This document shows positions 24,133 to 37,161 of a stretch of DNA of 64,000 bases, piece after piece. Where the stretch lies: contig BCKQ01000003.1 of NCBI GenBank assembly GCA_001600695.1, positions 1,028,654-1,092,653 on the forward strand. Direction: 5' to 3'. The position numbers were made by a program, and so were the translations under genes. Position 1 is the stretch's first letter. Each line of letters starts with the position of its first letter. This DNA comes from Ascoidea asiatica JCM 7603 (lineage: Eukaryota > Fungi > Ascomycota). Under the pieces are notes generated by a model. That model was not told where the DNA came from, searched no databases, and worked only from the letters and a program-made list of their open reading frames with translations.

Positions 24133-26307
24133 TTACAATTTAGAATTTATTTTAGAATTTATCTTAGATGATATTTCAGAAGATAAAGAAGTTGAAGATA
24201 ATAGAATATCTTTTTGTTCTTGTTTTAAATTCCATAAATTTTTTAATTTTGAATTTAAATAATTCAATTGAGGTTTACTTAGAAAAATATTTGAATTTAA
24301 ATTTGGGTTAAATTTAAAATAGTTTAGATTTTTAAATTCATTGATTAAAATAAGACATAAATTTATAATATGGTAAGGTATAATAATTGAAAAATTATTT
24401 AAAATTTCAAAATTATTTTCTAGGTTATTATTATCATTATTTGATAATTTCCCATTACTTGTAATCAAACCAATTAAATTATTATTATTATCTAATATTG
24501 CACCACCTGAAGATCCATTAAAAGTTGTTGAAGAAGTTATTAATAAAGAAGGTAAATTTATATTATATTCAAAAGGTTTTGAAGTTGAAGATATTGAAAT
24601 ATTTAAAACTGATAATAAATTAATATGACCAATTGTAATTAAAGGATTGAATTTATTGAAGAATAAACCATAACCTAAAGATTTTATAATTTTACCTGAA
24701 TCATAAATAGTTCCATTTTCATTTTCATTTTCATTTTCATTTTCACTTAAATTGAAATCATTTGAGTATAATTTAATTGAATTTTTGGAATTTAAATTTA
24801 AGTTTAAATTAAAATTTATTAATTTTATAAAAATTATATCTAAATTTTTTATTGGAGATTTAATTAAGATTATATTTTTTTCAGATATGAAAGTAGTTGA
24901 ATTTAACCAAATTTTTATTATTTGTTTTTCATTATTTAAATCAGAATTTGAATCAGAATCAGAATCAGAATCAGAATTTGAATTTGAATTTGGGAATATA
25001 ACATGATTATTTGTAATTAATAAAGTTGAAGAAATAGGTACAATTGAACCCCAAAATAATTGAAAATCTGAATAGATTGAGATTGGGAATACATTGAAAG
25101 ATATATTGTTATTATTGAAGTTAGGATTATTAGTGATTATACTATTAATGTTGTTATTAATGATATCTTTATTTAAATCAATGAATAAATTTGAAAGTAT
25201 TGGATAATTAATTAAATTTATAAAATTTTTATCAAAATTTAAAAGAATATTAAAGATTTCAAACCAAGATATAATTAAAGATAAGTTACCATTACCATTT
25301 AATTTATTAATTGAACCAACTATCAAACCAATACTTTCATTATTTTTGTTATGAATATTAACAATACTTCCAATAATATTATCAAGATATTTTAAATCTG
25401 AGAAATATGCTATATTTTGATTATTGTTAAAACTAAAATTTAAATTATTTATATATTGTTTATGTAATTTATTATGTGATTTAAGTTTTTGATTGTGATT
25501 ATGTGATTTATTACGTAATGCAATTTGATTATTATTAATTGAATAAATTAAATTTGAAAATAAGATGAATTTTAAGAATTGAAAAGTATTTGATAAACTA
25601 AAAGGACAAGATTTGATAATAATTTTTAATGGAAAAGTAATGTTGTTTGAATCATTATATAATTTAATTCTTAAAGGTAATAGATCATTATTTAGTTGAT
25701 TTAATAATATATTATTACTGTTGATAATGGAAGTTTCATTTAGTTTAAATTTAATCAAAGATAAGTGTAAGTCAAATCTATTTAAATTTAAATTGGAATT
25801 AGAATTAGAATTAGAATTAGAATTGGAATTTGGTATGAAATTGAAACCATTATTTAGAAAATTTGATTTTAAATAGTTTAGGAAATTTGAGTTGAATTCT
25901 TTTATGAAAGATAATTCTAAAGGTAACCAAAATAATTTTTCATTTTCATTATTATTATTATTATTTTTGAAAATATTATCAGTGTTATTAGTAATATTAG
26001 TATTATTAGTAATATTAGTATTATTAGTACTAAAAGTGAAATAAAATTTATAATTTGATCTGATCAAATTTATATCTAAGTTTATAATTGATAGTATAAA
26101 AGATAATAAGATTTTATTTTTATTATTTTTTATAACTATATAAATACCGGAAACTGCAATATTCTTGATATTTTTATTGTCTTTTTTAATTAAAGATTTT
26201 GGTAATAGATGAATAGAAACAGGTTTATAAAACCAATTATATTCATTATGTACATTATTTGAATACGAATATGAACTTGATTTTGATTTTAATTTTGATT
26301 TTGACAT
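24133..26307 (-). CDS. Peroxisomal trypsin-like serine protease (TYSND1/DEG15-like)
   Basis: Triad motifs LLITNNHVI (His), LDI (Asp) and GSSGGAILD (Ser). C-terminal SKL peroxisomal targeting signal at 24136-24144. Confidence 0.8.
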   Translation of the reverse strand: MSKSKLKSKSSSYSYSNNVHNEYNWFYKPVSIHLLPKSLIKKDNKNIKNIAVSGIYIVIKNNKNKILLSFILSIINLDINLIRSNYKFYFTFSTNNTNITNNTNITNNTDNIFKNNNNNNENEKLFWLPLELSFIKEFNSNFLNYLKSNFLNNGFNFIPNSNSNSNSNSNSNLNLNRFDLHLSLIKFKLNETSIINSNNILLNQLNNDLLPLRIKLYNDSNNITFPLKIIIKSCPFSLSNTFQFLKFILFSNLIYSINNNQIALRNKSHNHNQKLKSHNKLHKQYINNLNFSFNNNQNIAYFSDLKYLDNIIGSIVNIHNKNNESIGLIVGSINKLNGNGNLSLIISWFEIFNILLNFDKNFINLINYPILSNLFIDLNKDIINNNINSIITNNPNFNNNNISFNVFPISIYSDFQLFWGSIVPISSTLLITNNHVIFPNSNSNSDSDSDSDSNSDLNNEKQIIKIWLNSTTFISEKNIILIKSPIKNLDIIFIKLINFNLNLNLNSKNSIKLYSNDFNLSENENENENENGTIYDSGKIIKSLGYGLFFNKFNPLITIGHINLLSVLNISISSTSKPFEYNINLPSLLITSSTTFNGSSGGAILDNNNNLIGLITSNGKLSNNDNNNLENNFEILNNFSIIIPYHIINLCLILINEFKNLNYFKFNPNLNSNIFLSKPQLNYLNSKLKNLWNLKQEQKDILLSSTSLSSEISSKINSKINSKL

Positions 26308-28566
26308 AATTGAACCCTGATATTAAAATATTAAAATATTTAAAGATTTAAAGATTTGAAGATTTAAGGAATATTGAATAATAGATCGTTTAAGGGAATA
26401 TCATGTCATAAGATTCAATAGAATTAGAATTAGAATTAGGATTGATAGAATTAGAATTTGTTCAATTCAATAGAAATATTCTGGTTATCATATCATTATT
26501 TGAATATCGTATGATTTAAAGGAATATACTTTGATTATTTATACATTATTAGAAATTTGATAATATTTAATAATATTTTACGAAAATACTTTATTTAAGA
26601 AGGTTAACGTTAAATGAAAAAAAAAATAGGATTTGCATAAAAATGGAATTTTCAACCAATTAAAATGAAGACTCGAATATTAACCATATTAAGAATTTAA
26701 ATTAAATGTGGTGTGTCCTATAATTAATAAATATATGTCCTGTAAGTGACCCACGGGGATCGGACATTGAAGTGCAAGCGGAAATGTCGCCAGAATTGGG
26801 GATCTCCTAGATTATAGGGGTTGAAATTGAATTGAGATGTGAAATTAAATTGAACAATTTAATTTGATTTATGCAAACCAGGAACGGAGCGCAGAACAGC
26901 ACTGGAGAATACAGAATAAGGATTATTATACTATGCACAGTACAAAAAGTGTGATGATCTAAATTATCACAGTTTCCGAATATTTGAATTAATTTGAAAT
27001 AAATATCATAAATTGATATCAATTCAATTTCATGTCCCTTGTTCTCTTTCAAAATTGTCCAGAAATGAGGAGTTTTCATTAACCGCTTTCAAAGTTTTTG
27101 AAAAATAAAAGCCCGCTTTGAGTTTAAGGTTGCAGGCGGGAAGCGGTTAGATAAATAATATTTCTAATAATTGCCCTGGATATGGAAGATAATTTATTCA
27201 ATTGTTTCTGAAACCGAGAGATGGTGCGCATACGTGGTGCATTGGGTTACTTTAGGCTTTCTGGAAAGGGAATTGAGGATTCAAAGTTTTGACACAGTCC
27301 GGAGAACAGACCATAAAAACTTAAGTTAATCAGCCAACCGAAGAAGATTTGAATGAGTGAATGGGTGAAGAGCTGCTTAAACAGGATCCTCGACTGGACT
27401 GATCGGATATTGCAGCGGGAGGGTAATGTCCCGGTAGCTGAGGGGTATGTGTGTGGGTATGGACATGGCGAAGATGCAGCGAGTGCACCCTTGCGATAAG
27501 AGCAGGTTTTGCCTTTGTGAGATATCTCGATGGAAAACAGACTGGTGGTTTTGCTGCCATTTGTGGTGGGTTTGGTGGTTGTGGTGAAGACGCTTTTGGG
27601 CTTGCTGTGCTTGTTGCGCTTGTTGCGCTTGTTGCAGTTTTCCCTGGACCCACAGCCAGCTCGCTCTTCTCAAATACATTCACCATCGGCAAAAGCACTG
27701 CTCATAAAATGTAACAGATTCACAAACAACTTCGAAGTAACAGTATCTCTTTGTTTTCTAAGCGTATAAATGTAAATCTACAGGCATTCCACATACAAAT
27801 CCACATACAAATATTCAAATATACAAATATTCAAATCTACAGAAGTAAATGCTGTAAATGCTAAGAGAACGCTAAGAAAACGCTTAGAAAAATATGTGAA
27901 ACTACTTAAAACTGCTAAAATGTTGAAAAGTTGTAAAAATTTGCTGGATTTTATTATTTGATTAGTAAATTTTTATTTATATTTTTTTATCTTGAAATAT
28001 TTTCCAATTTTATTCTATTCCACTATCAATCCAATATAAAAGGATATAAAGACATACTAAAAATTCAATAATATATTATTAACATATTAACATATTAAAA
28101 TATATTAAAATATGTTAAAAGACAGACGAATATAATAATATATAATATATAATATATAATAATAATAATAATAATAATACAATACTCTATTTAAAACAAG
28201 TCTTATATTCATAACTATATTCCCAACAATATTCATATCCAAATTCATATCACTTACTGATAGCAATCTCGACTATTTAATTCAAATTTGTAACTAATTT
28301 CTATAAATTATATATTACTATACAATCTAAGATTTTTTTTCTTTCTTTATCTCTATTATAATTATATATAGAATCAATTAATCTAGTACAATTTATCTAT
28401 TATAACTAGTCCTTTTCCCTTTTTTTTTATATTAAAATTAATAATCTATTCATTTATTTAATCATTTAATCATTTAATTATTTAATCATTTTACAAATCT
28501 TTAATTATTATATTATATTATATTTATTTATAAATAAATGTATTTTTTTGTAATTCAATTTTTAAT

Positions 28567-30391
28567 ATGTTTAAGGATAATAATTTAAAAAAAAATTCTC
28601 CAATTAATAAAGAAAATAATAATAACAATACTCATAATAATAATATATTACCTTTTAATGTTTATAATAAAGAAAACAATTTATCAAATTTTTCAAATAT
28701 AAATACCATTAACAATAACCATAACAATAACAATAATAATAATAATAATAATAATACTAATAATAACAAGAAAGTAAATGAACCTTTATCTTTATCTTTT
28801 CTTCATAAAAAACCAAGAAATTATTCTCAAAATGATAAATATAATCCATTTTTAATTGCTCAAAATATTAAAAAAGTTACAAATTCAAATACTTTATATA
28901 ATAAATCTTTATCAATATCTTCTTCTCCTTCTCCTTCTCAATCTCCATCAAATTCTTCATCTTCAAATCCTTCTTCTAATTCTTCTTCAATCTCATCTTC
29001 TCCATCTTCTTCAATTAATTCTTCTTCAAATTCTTCTCCTGATAATATTTTACAATCTTCAATATCAAATAATACCATTACTCTAGCAAATGCTAATTCT
29101 ACTAATAATATTAATAATATAACTCGTTCTCCAATTATTTCTATGATAAATTCTCCAAATAGAAATTTAATTAATAATAATAATAATATAATTGATAATT
29201 TCAATAATCTCAACTTTAATCTACATCTCAATAATAATAATAATAATAATAATAACAACAACAACAACAACAATCAATCCTCAAATCATTCAAGAAATAA
29301 TTCATTCCCAATTCAAAGTAATTATGATATTGATCCTCCATTTCCAGTTTCAAAATATGAATTACCTCCTTTAATTCGTAAAAAAAGTGGTCAATTAGTT
29401 AAATCTTCTTTAAAATTATCTTCTTTAAATAAATCAATTTCTTTACCTTCTACTCCAACTTATAAATCTGTTCATTTTAATGAAAAAAATGTTGTAAATA
29501 TTAAATATTTTAATGAAAAAGATAAACCACTTGCAATTTCTGCTAATTCTTCTCCAATTTCAAATTTTAATCAAAATAAATTTTCAAGTTCTTTAATTTC
29601 AAATTCAAATTCAAATTCAAATTCAATGATTCCAAAAAAGAAAAAATCTTCTTGGAAAATTGGTTCTGATGATGAAGAAGATCAAGATGATCAAGATGAT
29701 GATGATGAAAGTTATTATATTGATAGTGAGTATTATGATGAAATTGAAGATAATTATAAATATCAAGGTACAATTCCAAATAACAATAATAATCTCATCG
29801 ATAATTATCAATATGAATCCGATGATGATTCAGAAATTGATGAAACTGAGACAGAAACTGAGACAGAAACTGAAACAGAAACAGAAACAGAAACAGAAAC
29901 TGAAACTGAGAATGAAGTAGATTCTGATAATGATAATGATAATGAGAATTATATATTATCTTCATCTAATAAAAATAAAAATAATAATAATAATAACAAT
30001 AATAATAATAAAAACAAAATTAAAAATAAAAATAAAATAAAAATTAAATGGGATTTATCTTTACCAAATTTTATTAAATATAATTCTTCAAATATATCTC
30101 AAAAAGGTAATGTATTTCTTGAAAATTGTTTTATTTCAAATAATCAAAAATTTTTAATGGGTTATATAGCTGCAAAAAATTTATCTTTTCAAAAATTTAT
30201 TTGTATTAGATATACTTTAGATAATTGGAAATCAATAACTGAAGTTGAAGCAAATTATTTCTCAAATTATAATAATATTTCAAATATTTTAAAATTATCA
30301 AATTTTGATAGATTTATATTTAAATTACCTTTAATTACTCTTTTAAGCAATAATAATAATAATAATAATAATAATAGTAATAATAGTAATA

Positions 30392-30422
<31 letters not shown>

Positions 30423-31548
30423 TACAGATAATAATAATAATAAAAATAATATATCTTTATGCATTAAATATATAACTGATGGTAAAGAATTTTGGGATAA
30501 TAATAATGGTAATAATTACTTAATTCAAATTAAGAAAAATATATTAAAATCAAAATCAAATTCTCATTCAAATTTAACTTCAATTACAAAATCTTTTTCA
30601 AATGCATTTTCAAATAATGTAAGATATAATGAAAAATATAATGATAAATTTTCTAAGCATGATAATGATAGTTATTTTCCACCAAAAGATATTATTGATT
30701 CAATGATGAGTGAAGGTATAATTAATAATCCATCTTTTGATCAAATTCAAGAACCAAATTCTTTTAATTTTAATTTATCAAATAATTTATTAAAAAATAC
30801 CAATATCATAAATAATAAAAATAATATCAAAACTTTAGAAAAAAATGGTTTAACTTTAACCGCTGATAATTTCAATAAACCAAATTTAGATACTAATAAT
30901 GGTAAAAAAACTTCTTCTACTACTACTACTACTACTACTAATAATAATAATGATAACAATCATTCAATTCCAATTCCAATTCCTAAATCAAATAATTCAA
31001 TATTTAACGCTGATACTAATTCAACTGATATAAATAGTGGAGTTTCTGCATCAAAATTTTATTTTCATTCTCCTTTAACTTCAACTATGGAAAATTTAAT
31101 ATTTAATACATCTTCATCTCCATCAACTTATAAATCCCCAACACTGGATTTTGAAGTTTTATCACAAAAATTAGAAGGTTTAAAAGCTGATGATAGTTAT
31201 AAAGATAATTATAATTTAAATTCAGAATCTTGTTCAAATTCTGTTTTTTCTCCAAATTTTAAAAATGATTCAAATAATATTTCTAAAGAAAATTCAAATA
31301 AAACTTCAAAATCTCCTGTTAATACAAAAATCTCAAATAATTCTAAAAATACAAACAATTCAAATAATTCAAATAATTCAAACAATTTCCGAAATTTAAC
31401 ACCAAGAAGAGATATTACTTCTCCAACTCATGAAATTAAAAAAGTAACTGCTCAAAGACCACCAATTGGTTCTAAAACTTATCAAGAATTATTGCAATCT
31501 TATTGTTTTTTTCAAGGTAGTCCAACTACAGATATTAAAAGTTCATAA
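28567..31548 (+). CDS. Glycogen-targeting PP1 regulatory subunit (Gac1/Pig1/Gip2 family, CBM21 domain)
   Basis: LIRKKSGQLVKSSLK, RVxF motif KSVHF (29464-29478), CBM21 motifs (VFLE, KNLSFQK, IRYTLDNW, EFWDNNNGNNY) and C-terminal YQELLQSYCFF. Confidence 0.9.
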
Positions 31549-32596
31549 AAATAATTTTAAAATTAGATTTAAATCTACAAATAAATCTTTAATTAATGAG
31601 TTTTTAATTAACATATTACATAATTTATCACTTTTCAACAAAGCTTTCATCCCTAACCTTCAACAATTTATATGGTCATATTTAGTTTTTATATAAAATA
31701 AGTTATACGTAATAAAAGAGATAATTCAATAAATTAATGACAAAAAGGTCAAAAAGGAACTGTTATCTACTATTTTGTTACAAGCTTTTTTTCTTCATTT
31801 TTTTTTTTTTTAGTTTTACTTATTTTAATCAAATGTTTATTTTTATTAACTGGAATGTTTATTTATTTTTAGCAAAAATATTTACTTATTTTAATATGAA
31901 AATTTGAACTCTAATTACTGTCCTTAAATCACTAAAATTAAATTCAATAAGAAAATGTTAAATCTCAATTCAACAGGTTAAAAACTCAGCTTAAACTTCA
32001 AACTTATTTACAATTAATTAGATGGAGTTCAAATTTAATTTTAAGCTAATATGATTTCATAGTTTTTGTTTTGCATTAGTTTTTTTTCTTTCATCTTCTG
32101 TATTTTTCTTTGACAAATTTTCCTTTTTTTTAATTCAAACTTATTTTTTTACTCACTCTTTTTGTTTCTTTTTCAATATCAGTTAAATTACAATTTTTTG
32201 TCTTTTATATATTTAAGATTTCATTTTTTGACATCTTTCAATTACACCTAGATCTAGTTTTTACTTTTTTGTTTGTGATAAATATCTGTATTTTGTTGTT
32301 TTGGTAAAAGAGAAAAGAAACCTTTATTTAAATTTTGTAGTAGCCAGCCTTTAAGCGCCCACAGTTAAAAACTCAAGATCTGGATTGATAAACACACACG
32401 CACGTGACTTGAATCCTAATTTACTGCACTTAAATTTATTATTATTACTAAACTATCAATACTAACACCATTCAATGGAAATTCGATTAAAAGTGAACAA
32501 AATTATGAATAATAAACATAATCACAACTTCTGACTGTAAAACTTCTGTTGAGTGAACAAGTTGATTATATATTTATATTACTTGATAATTCATAA

Positions 32597-34534
32597 ATGA
32601 AAGATCAAATGGCTGGAAATAAAAGACAGAAAATTGATAAGTCTTACTCTGGTACTCCTGCTTCTGGTACTCCTGCTTCTGTTTCAAATATAGCAAATAA
32701 TAATATAGGTAGGAGCTCATCGAATAGAAACAATTCAAATAAAAATACTAGTTCAACTCAATCAAATGCTAATAAAAACAAAGTTAATAACCCTGTTAAC
32801 AATACCAATAAGCAAGTAAACACTCCAGTTTTATTAAATTATCCAAGATCTGTCCTGAGTGGGAAAACAACAGATGGTGAATTAGCTCGTGTTTCTTTAA
32901 AATCATTAATTGCTGTTGATCATGTAAATTCAACTGAATTAATGTTAAGACTTTTTAATTTGGTTAAATATGATAATGATGATGATAGTATACTATTAAA
33001 TGATAAAATCAATATTTTAAAAACTACTAAGGACTCTATAGAATTAGAAAGGTTTGATGATTTTGATAGATTGAATATGAATGTAATTAATAATCAAATT
33101 GATAAATTAAAAGAAGAAATTCATTTTTTAGAAAAAGAAAATTCAAAATTAACAAATAATTCTAATTTTTTTACATCTGGTTTATTTTCTACTGATAATA
33201 ATAGTGATGATGAAACTAATAATATTTCTGAAATTAATGAGAAAAATAATAGTTCTTCAATTGATAAAAATGATAATAAAAGAAAAAATTTCAATTTAAC
33301 TGAAGAAATAAAAATGTTATCAAAAGAATTTTCAATGCCTGTAGGATCTATCAATTTCAATACATTTTCATCTTCAAAATCAACCTCCCTTAAAGATAAT
33401 GATGATAATCATGGTAATGATGATGACGAAGAAGATGATGATATGGAAACAAATAAAGATGATGATGAAAAAAATGAAGAAGAAATTCAAAAACAACTTC
33501 AGTATGATCAAGTATTTTTACACAATAATAAATTAAAAAAAAATTATGAGATTGAAAATAATTGTGATATTGTTATTCCTGAAGATTCTCCAATAACAAA
33601 TAATCATGTTGATGTTGTAAGATATGGATTTGTAAATTATATCAAAAACAAGAAAAAAAGCTATTTAGTTACACCAATAATAGAAGATAAAACTACAATT
33701 GAAAAAATTACTAATAAACTTCCTCCAATAAATAAATCTGAAAATGATTCTTCTCATAAATCTGTAAGTGATTTGGCAAAAGATCCTACTATAGAATTAA
33801 ATAAAGAATCTTCTAAAGAATCTTCCATAGAACTTAATAAAGAGTTTAATAAAGAGTCTATCAAAGAACCTATCAAAGAGCCAGCTAAAGTATCCAATCA
33901 AGAATCCATAAAAGAACCTAATAAAGAGTTTATAAAAGAACCTTTAAAAAACTCTATTGAAATAACTAACGAAGAGCCTAAAGAGCCTGTCAAGGGAATA
34001 CTTAAAGAACCTACAAAAAGTGTCATTGAAGAGCCCGTTGAAAAATCCGTTAAAAAACCGATTGAAGAACAGGTAGAAGGACATGTGGAAGATTTAGATG
34101 TACTTTCTAATAAAGAATCTGTCAAGGAAATAATTCCTGACGAAAACAAAGAAAATCTGAATTCCAGTGCCAATCAAAATAATAATAATATTCAGAAGAA
34201 TGATAATTTTTCTAATGATTCAAACACACTTAATTCAAATGAAGCCACCAACAAGCCTAATGACATGCCTTTGCTTAATATAATAAATAATCAATCTAAT
34301 ACAACAATGAATCTAATTGATTCAAATAAAAAGGATTCAGAAAAAGAAGTAGAAAATGTTGAAGAAAGAAAGACAAATGTTAGTACTGATTCTATTTCTA
34401 GAAAAGATGTAACAGATTCTAGTAACGCAAATGAAGTTGTTGAAGCAAATCAAAAAACAAAAATAGTAAATAAGATTTTGAAAGATAAACCTGAAACAAT
34501 AGAAAAAGTAATTCAAACAACTGATGAAAGGTAG
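32597..34534 (+). CDS. Uncharacterised acidic/coiled-coil protein; the same frame stays open past the TAG to 34807
   Basis: 645-aa ATG ORF with KEP-type repeats. TAG at 34532-34534 is followed by 90 in-frame sense codons of similar E/K/D composition. Confidence 0.8.
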   Translation: MKDQMAGNKRQKIDKSYSGTPASGTPASVSNIANNNIGRSSSNRNNSNKNTSSTQSNANKNKVNNPVNNTNKQVNTPVLLNYPRSVLSGKTTDGELARVSLKSLIAVDHVNSTELMLRLFNLVKYDNDDDSILLNDKINILKTTKDSIELERFDDFDRLNMNVINNQIDKLKEEIHFLEKENSKLTNNSNFFTSGLFSTDNNSDDETNNISEINEKNNSSSIDKNDNKRKNFNLTEEIKMLSKEFSMPVGSINFNTFSSSKSTSLKDNDDNHGNDDDEEDDDMETNKDDDEKNEEEIQKQLQYDQVFLHNNKLKKNYEIENNCDIVIPEDSPITNNHVDVVRYGFVNYIKNKKKSYLVTPIIEDKTTIEKITNKLPPINKSENDSSHKSVSDLAKDPTIELNKESSKESSIELNKEFNKESIKEPIKEPAKVSNQESIKEPNKEFIKEPLKNSIEITNEEPKEPVKGILKEPTKSVIEEPVEKSVKKPIEEQVEGHVEDLDVLSNKESVKEIIPDENKENLNSSANQNNNNIQKNDNFSNDSNTLNSNEATNKPNDMPLLNIINNQSNTTMNLIDSNKKDSEKEVENVEERKTNVSTDSISRKDVTDSSNANEVVEANQKTKIVNKILKDKPETIEKVIQTTDER

Positions 34535-35186
34535 ATTCCAGATATTGACGTTGAAATGAAAGAAGTTGGACCAGGTATTTTGAAAGATCAAGCTGATGAA
34601 AAGATTAATAATAGTTTGGAAAGTGATAAAATGGTAAAGCTAATTAAAGAAGTCAAAAGCGATGCAAAGGTGGTCTGTCCGAAAGCAGAAGAACTGAAAG
34701 TTTTCGAAGTAGATGATAATCAACAAGGGAAATCACCCAAGGAAAATAAAAAATTTCCACTTTCAAAAGATACAGATACAGATACAGAAATGACTAGTAC
34801 GATTTGAGCTCAATAATCATTTTATAAATCTTATTGTAATTGTAATTGTAATTTTAATAAAAATAAAATGTATATTAAACATTTTTTCTTGTAGAAAACA
34901 ATTCGAATAAGGATAGATAAGGTTTGTATGTAAATATAATAATTTGAAAAGTACAAAAACAGTTAAAGTTGAGTTTTAAAAAAAGAAAGAAAGACATAAA
35001 ATAAAAAATTCTGTTGGAGAAGAAGTAAACAAAAAATTAAAAAATAAAATACGATTTACATACAAATTTGAAAAATAACAATACTAATAAAATATAATAA
35101 GAATAAAAATAATAAAAACAATAATAACTAAGCCAATTGAAAAATTAGGTTGAGATAAAATTAATGAAAATAAAGAGATTTGATAA

Positions 35187-36413
35187 TTATTTATTACTAA
35201 TAATAGCTTTTAATCTTTTAATTTCATCTTGTAAATTTAAATTTTCTCTTGATAAATTTGAATTAATATTTAATAAATTTTCAACTTTATCTTCTAATTG
35301 ATTCATTCTTTCCATTTTTCTTGCTCTTGATCTTCTTGCAGCTTCAGTATTTCTTGCTCTTTTTAAAGCAATAGGATCTTTTGAATTTAAATTGATTGGA
35401 TTTAAAGGTAAAGATCTCTGTTTTCTATTATAGGAAATACAACCTAAATGATCAACTTTTAAATTTTGAGGATTACTTTTCTTTTTTTTTCTTTGAATAT
35501 CATCTAAGTTATCAAAATTATCCAAATTATCAAAATTATCAAAATTTTCTTCATTAGCGTTGTTGTTGATATTTAATTTTGGTGATAAATTTGGAGTAAC
35601 TGATTGAGAATTTTTAGATTCATTAAAGTTAAAGTTAAGATCATTAATATTAAAATTTAAGTCCAAATCATTTAAGGATTGTTTTGAAGAATGTTTTGAA
35701 AAGTTTGAATCTGATTCAATAGTTTGACTATAAGCTCTTTTTTTATTGCTCTTATTGTTATTGTTACTCGATGATTGTTGAGCTAAAGTAGATAATAAAG
35801 ATTGGGTTTCATTATTTTCTTCAGTTTTAATATTATCAGAAGATAAAGAAGAAAATAAATCACCAGCATTTGATAAAAATTCATTAAAAACTTCATCAAT
35901 ATTATCATTTAAATCTTTATTTGAAATTTCATTAGAAATATCATTTGAAATATCATTTGAATTAGATTTAATATCATTATTTGAAAATAAAGAAGTGAAA
36001 TTTTGAGAATCATTATTATCTAAGTTATCTAAATCATTAATATTATCAAACATTGGAATTGAATCATTTGCAAAGATATCATCAGTTACAGATAATAATA
36101 AAGCATTTGGAGAGATAGTTGAATCATTATCTAAATTATTTGAGATTGAATTATTAAATAAATCATTTTCAAAAGATAATTTATCAACTGAATTGTTTTT
36201 ATAGTTATTGCTGTTATTATTATTATTGTTATTATTGTTATTATTGGTATTAGTACTAGTATTGATTAAATTATCATCAAGTAAAACATTTGGTGAAAAA
36301 GAAGCAAAAATTGATTCACCAACAATTACTTGATTAGATAATGGAATTTCTTTAAATTCAGAAACTGAATCGAAAATATTATTATTTTTAGTTGTAGTAG
36401 AGGCGATTGGCAT
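35187..36413 (-). CDS. GCN4: bZIP transcription factor Gcn4
   Basis: [36 protein letters not shown], the [15 protein letters not shown] block, and a uORF-containing leader. Confidence 0.97.
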   Translation of the reverse strand: MPIASTTTKNNNIFDSVSEFKEIPLSNQVIVGESIFASFSPNVLLDDNLINTSTNTNNNNNNNNNNNSNNYKNNSVDKLSFENDLFNNSISNNLDNDSTISPNALLLSVTDDIFANDSIPMFDNINDLDNLDNNDSQNFTSLFSNNDIKSNSNDISNDISNEISNKDLNDNIDEVFNEFLSNAGDLFSSLSSDNIKTEENNETQSLLSTLAQQSSSNNNNKSNKKRAYSQTIESDSNFSKHSSKQSLNDLDLNFNINDLNFNFNESKNSQSVTPNLSPKLNINNNANEENFDNFDNLDNFDNLDDIQRKKKKSNPQNLKVDHLGCISYNRKQRSLPLNPINLNSKDPIALKRARNTEAARRSRARKMERMNQLEDKVENLLNINSNLSRENLNLQDEIKRLKAIISNK

Positions 36414-36580
36414 TTTTAATTGATTATTAATCCTAGGTGGTGTAAAAAAGATATATAAAGTATTTAAGATAAATAGGTAAATTGAGAGATAGATAGATTG
36501 AGATATAAAAATATATTTAATAGTAGATTTTATATTATTGATTTTTAATTGATAATAATATTATGTTATATAAAATTGAT

Positions 36581-36974
36581 TTAAAACATTTTTTTTTAAA
36601 TTGAGTATAAAAAAACTAATTTAGTTTATTTAATTTGGAGATTCACGGTAGATAAGACATTTTTAATAGTATATATATATATAAGTATATATGAGATAAT
36701 TTTAATATTTAATTATAATAGTAGATTTTATAATTAATTTGATTTAATATAGAAAAACAAAGTTTGATTTATTTAATTTATTTAATTTATTGAGACATTT
36801 TAAAAGGGTTTGATTGATATGTAAACGATAAAAAGTTAAGACTTAATTATGATTTATTAATTTTTTTTGATTATTTCTTATAATTTTAATATTTCTTGTT
36901 TAAATTTATTAAAATATAATTGATTTAATACATTTTGATTATAACTTGATTCACAATAAGATTTAGGCACACAT
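36581..36974 (-). promoter_or_regulatory. GCN4 5' leader with five short uORFs
   Basis: ATG TGT GCC TAA (36963-36974), ATG TAT TAA (36925-36933), ATG TCT CAA TAA (36787-36798), ATG TCT TAT CTA CCG TGA (36643-36660) and ATG TTT TAA (36581-36589). All are preceded by AAA. Confidence 0.9.
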
Positions 36975-37161
36975 TTTGATTATAAATTGAATAAAATATA
37001 TATGTAAAAAATCTAGTAGTAAAAAATTGGCGTTTAAAAGGTCTGAGTTAAAAAAAAGGAAGAAAAAGAAAAAATTTTAATTTCAAAATTTAAGGGAATT
37101 TCTCTTAATTTATAACAATTTGAAATTTGAAAATTTTAAAAAACAACACACAAAAAAAACA

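Noticed and set aside
27330-27769. Four overlapping ORFs including a QAQ repeat
   Set aside because: GC-rich island with a 9-bp repeat upstream of the Gac1-family gene (AGGGG at 27441). No recognisable protein, and more likely promoter DNA.
28856-30959. Poly-Leu/Ile shadow ORFs, also seen over other Asn-rich genes
   Set aside because: They are alternative-frame or antisense readings of AAT/AAC repeats.
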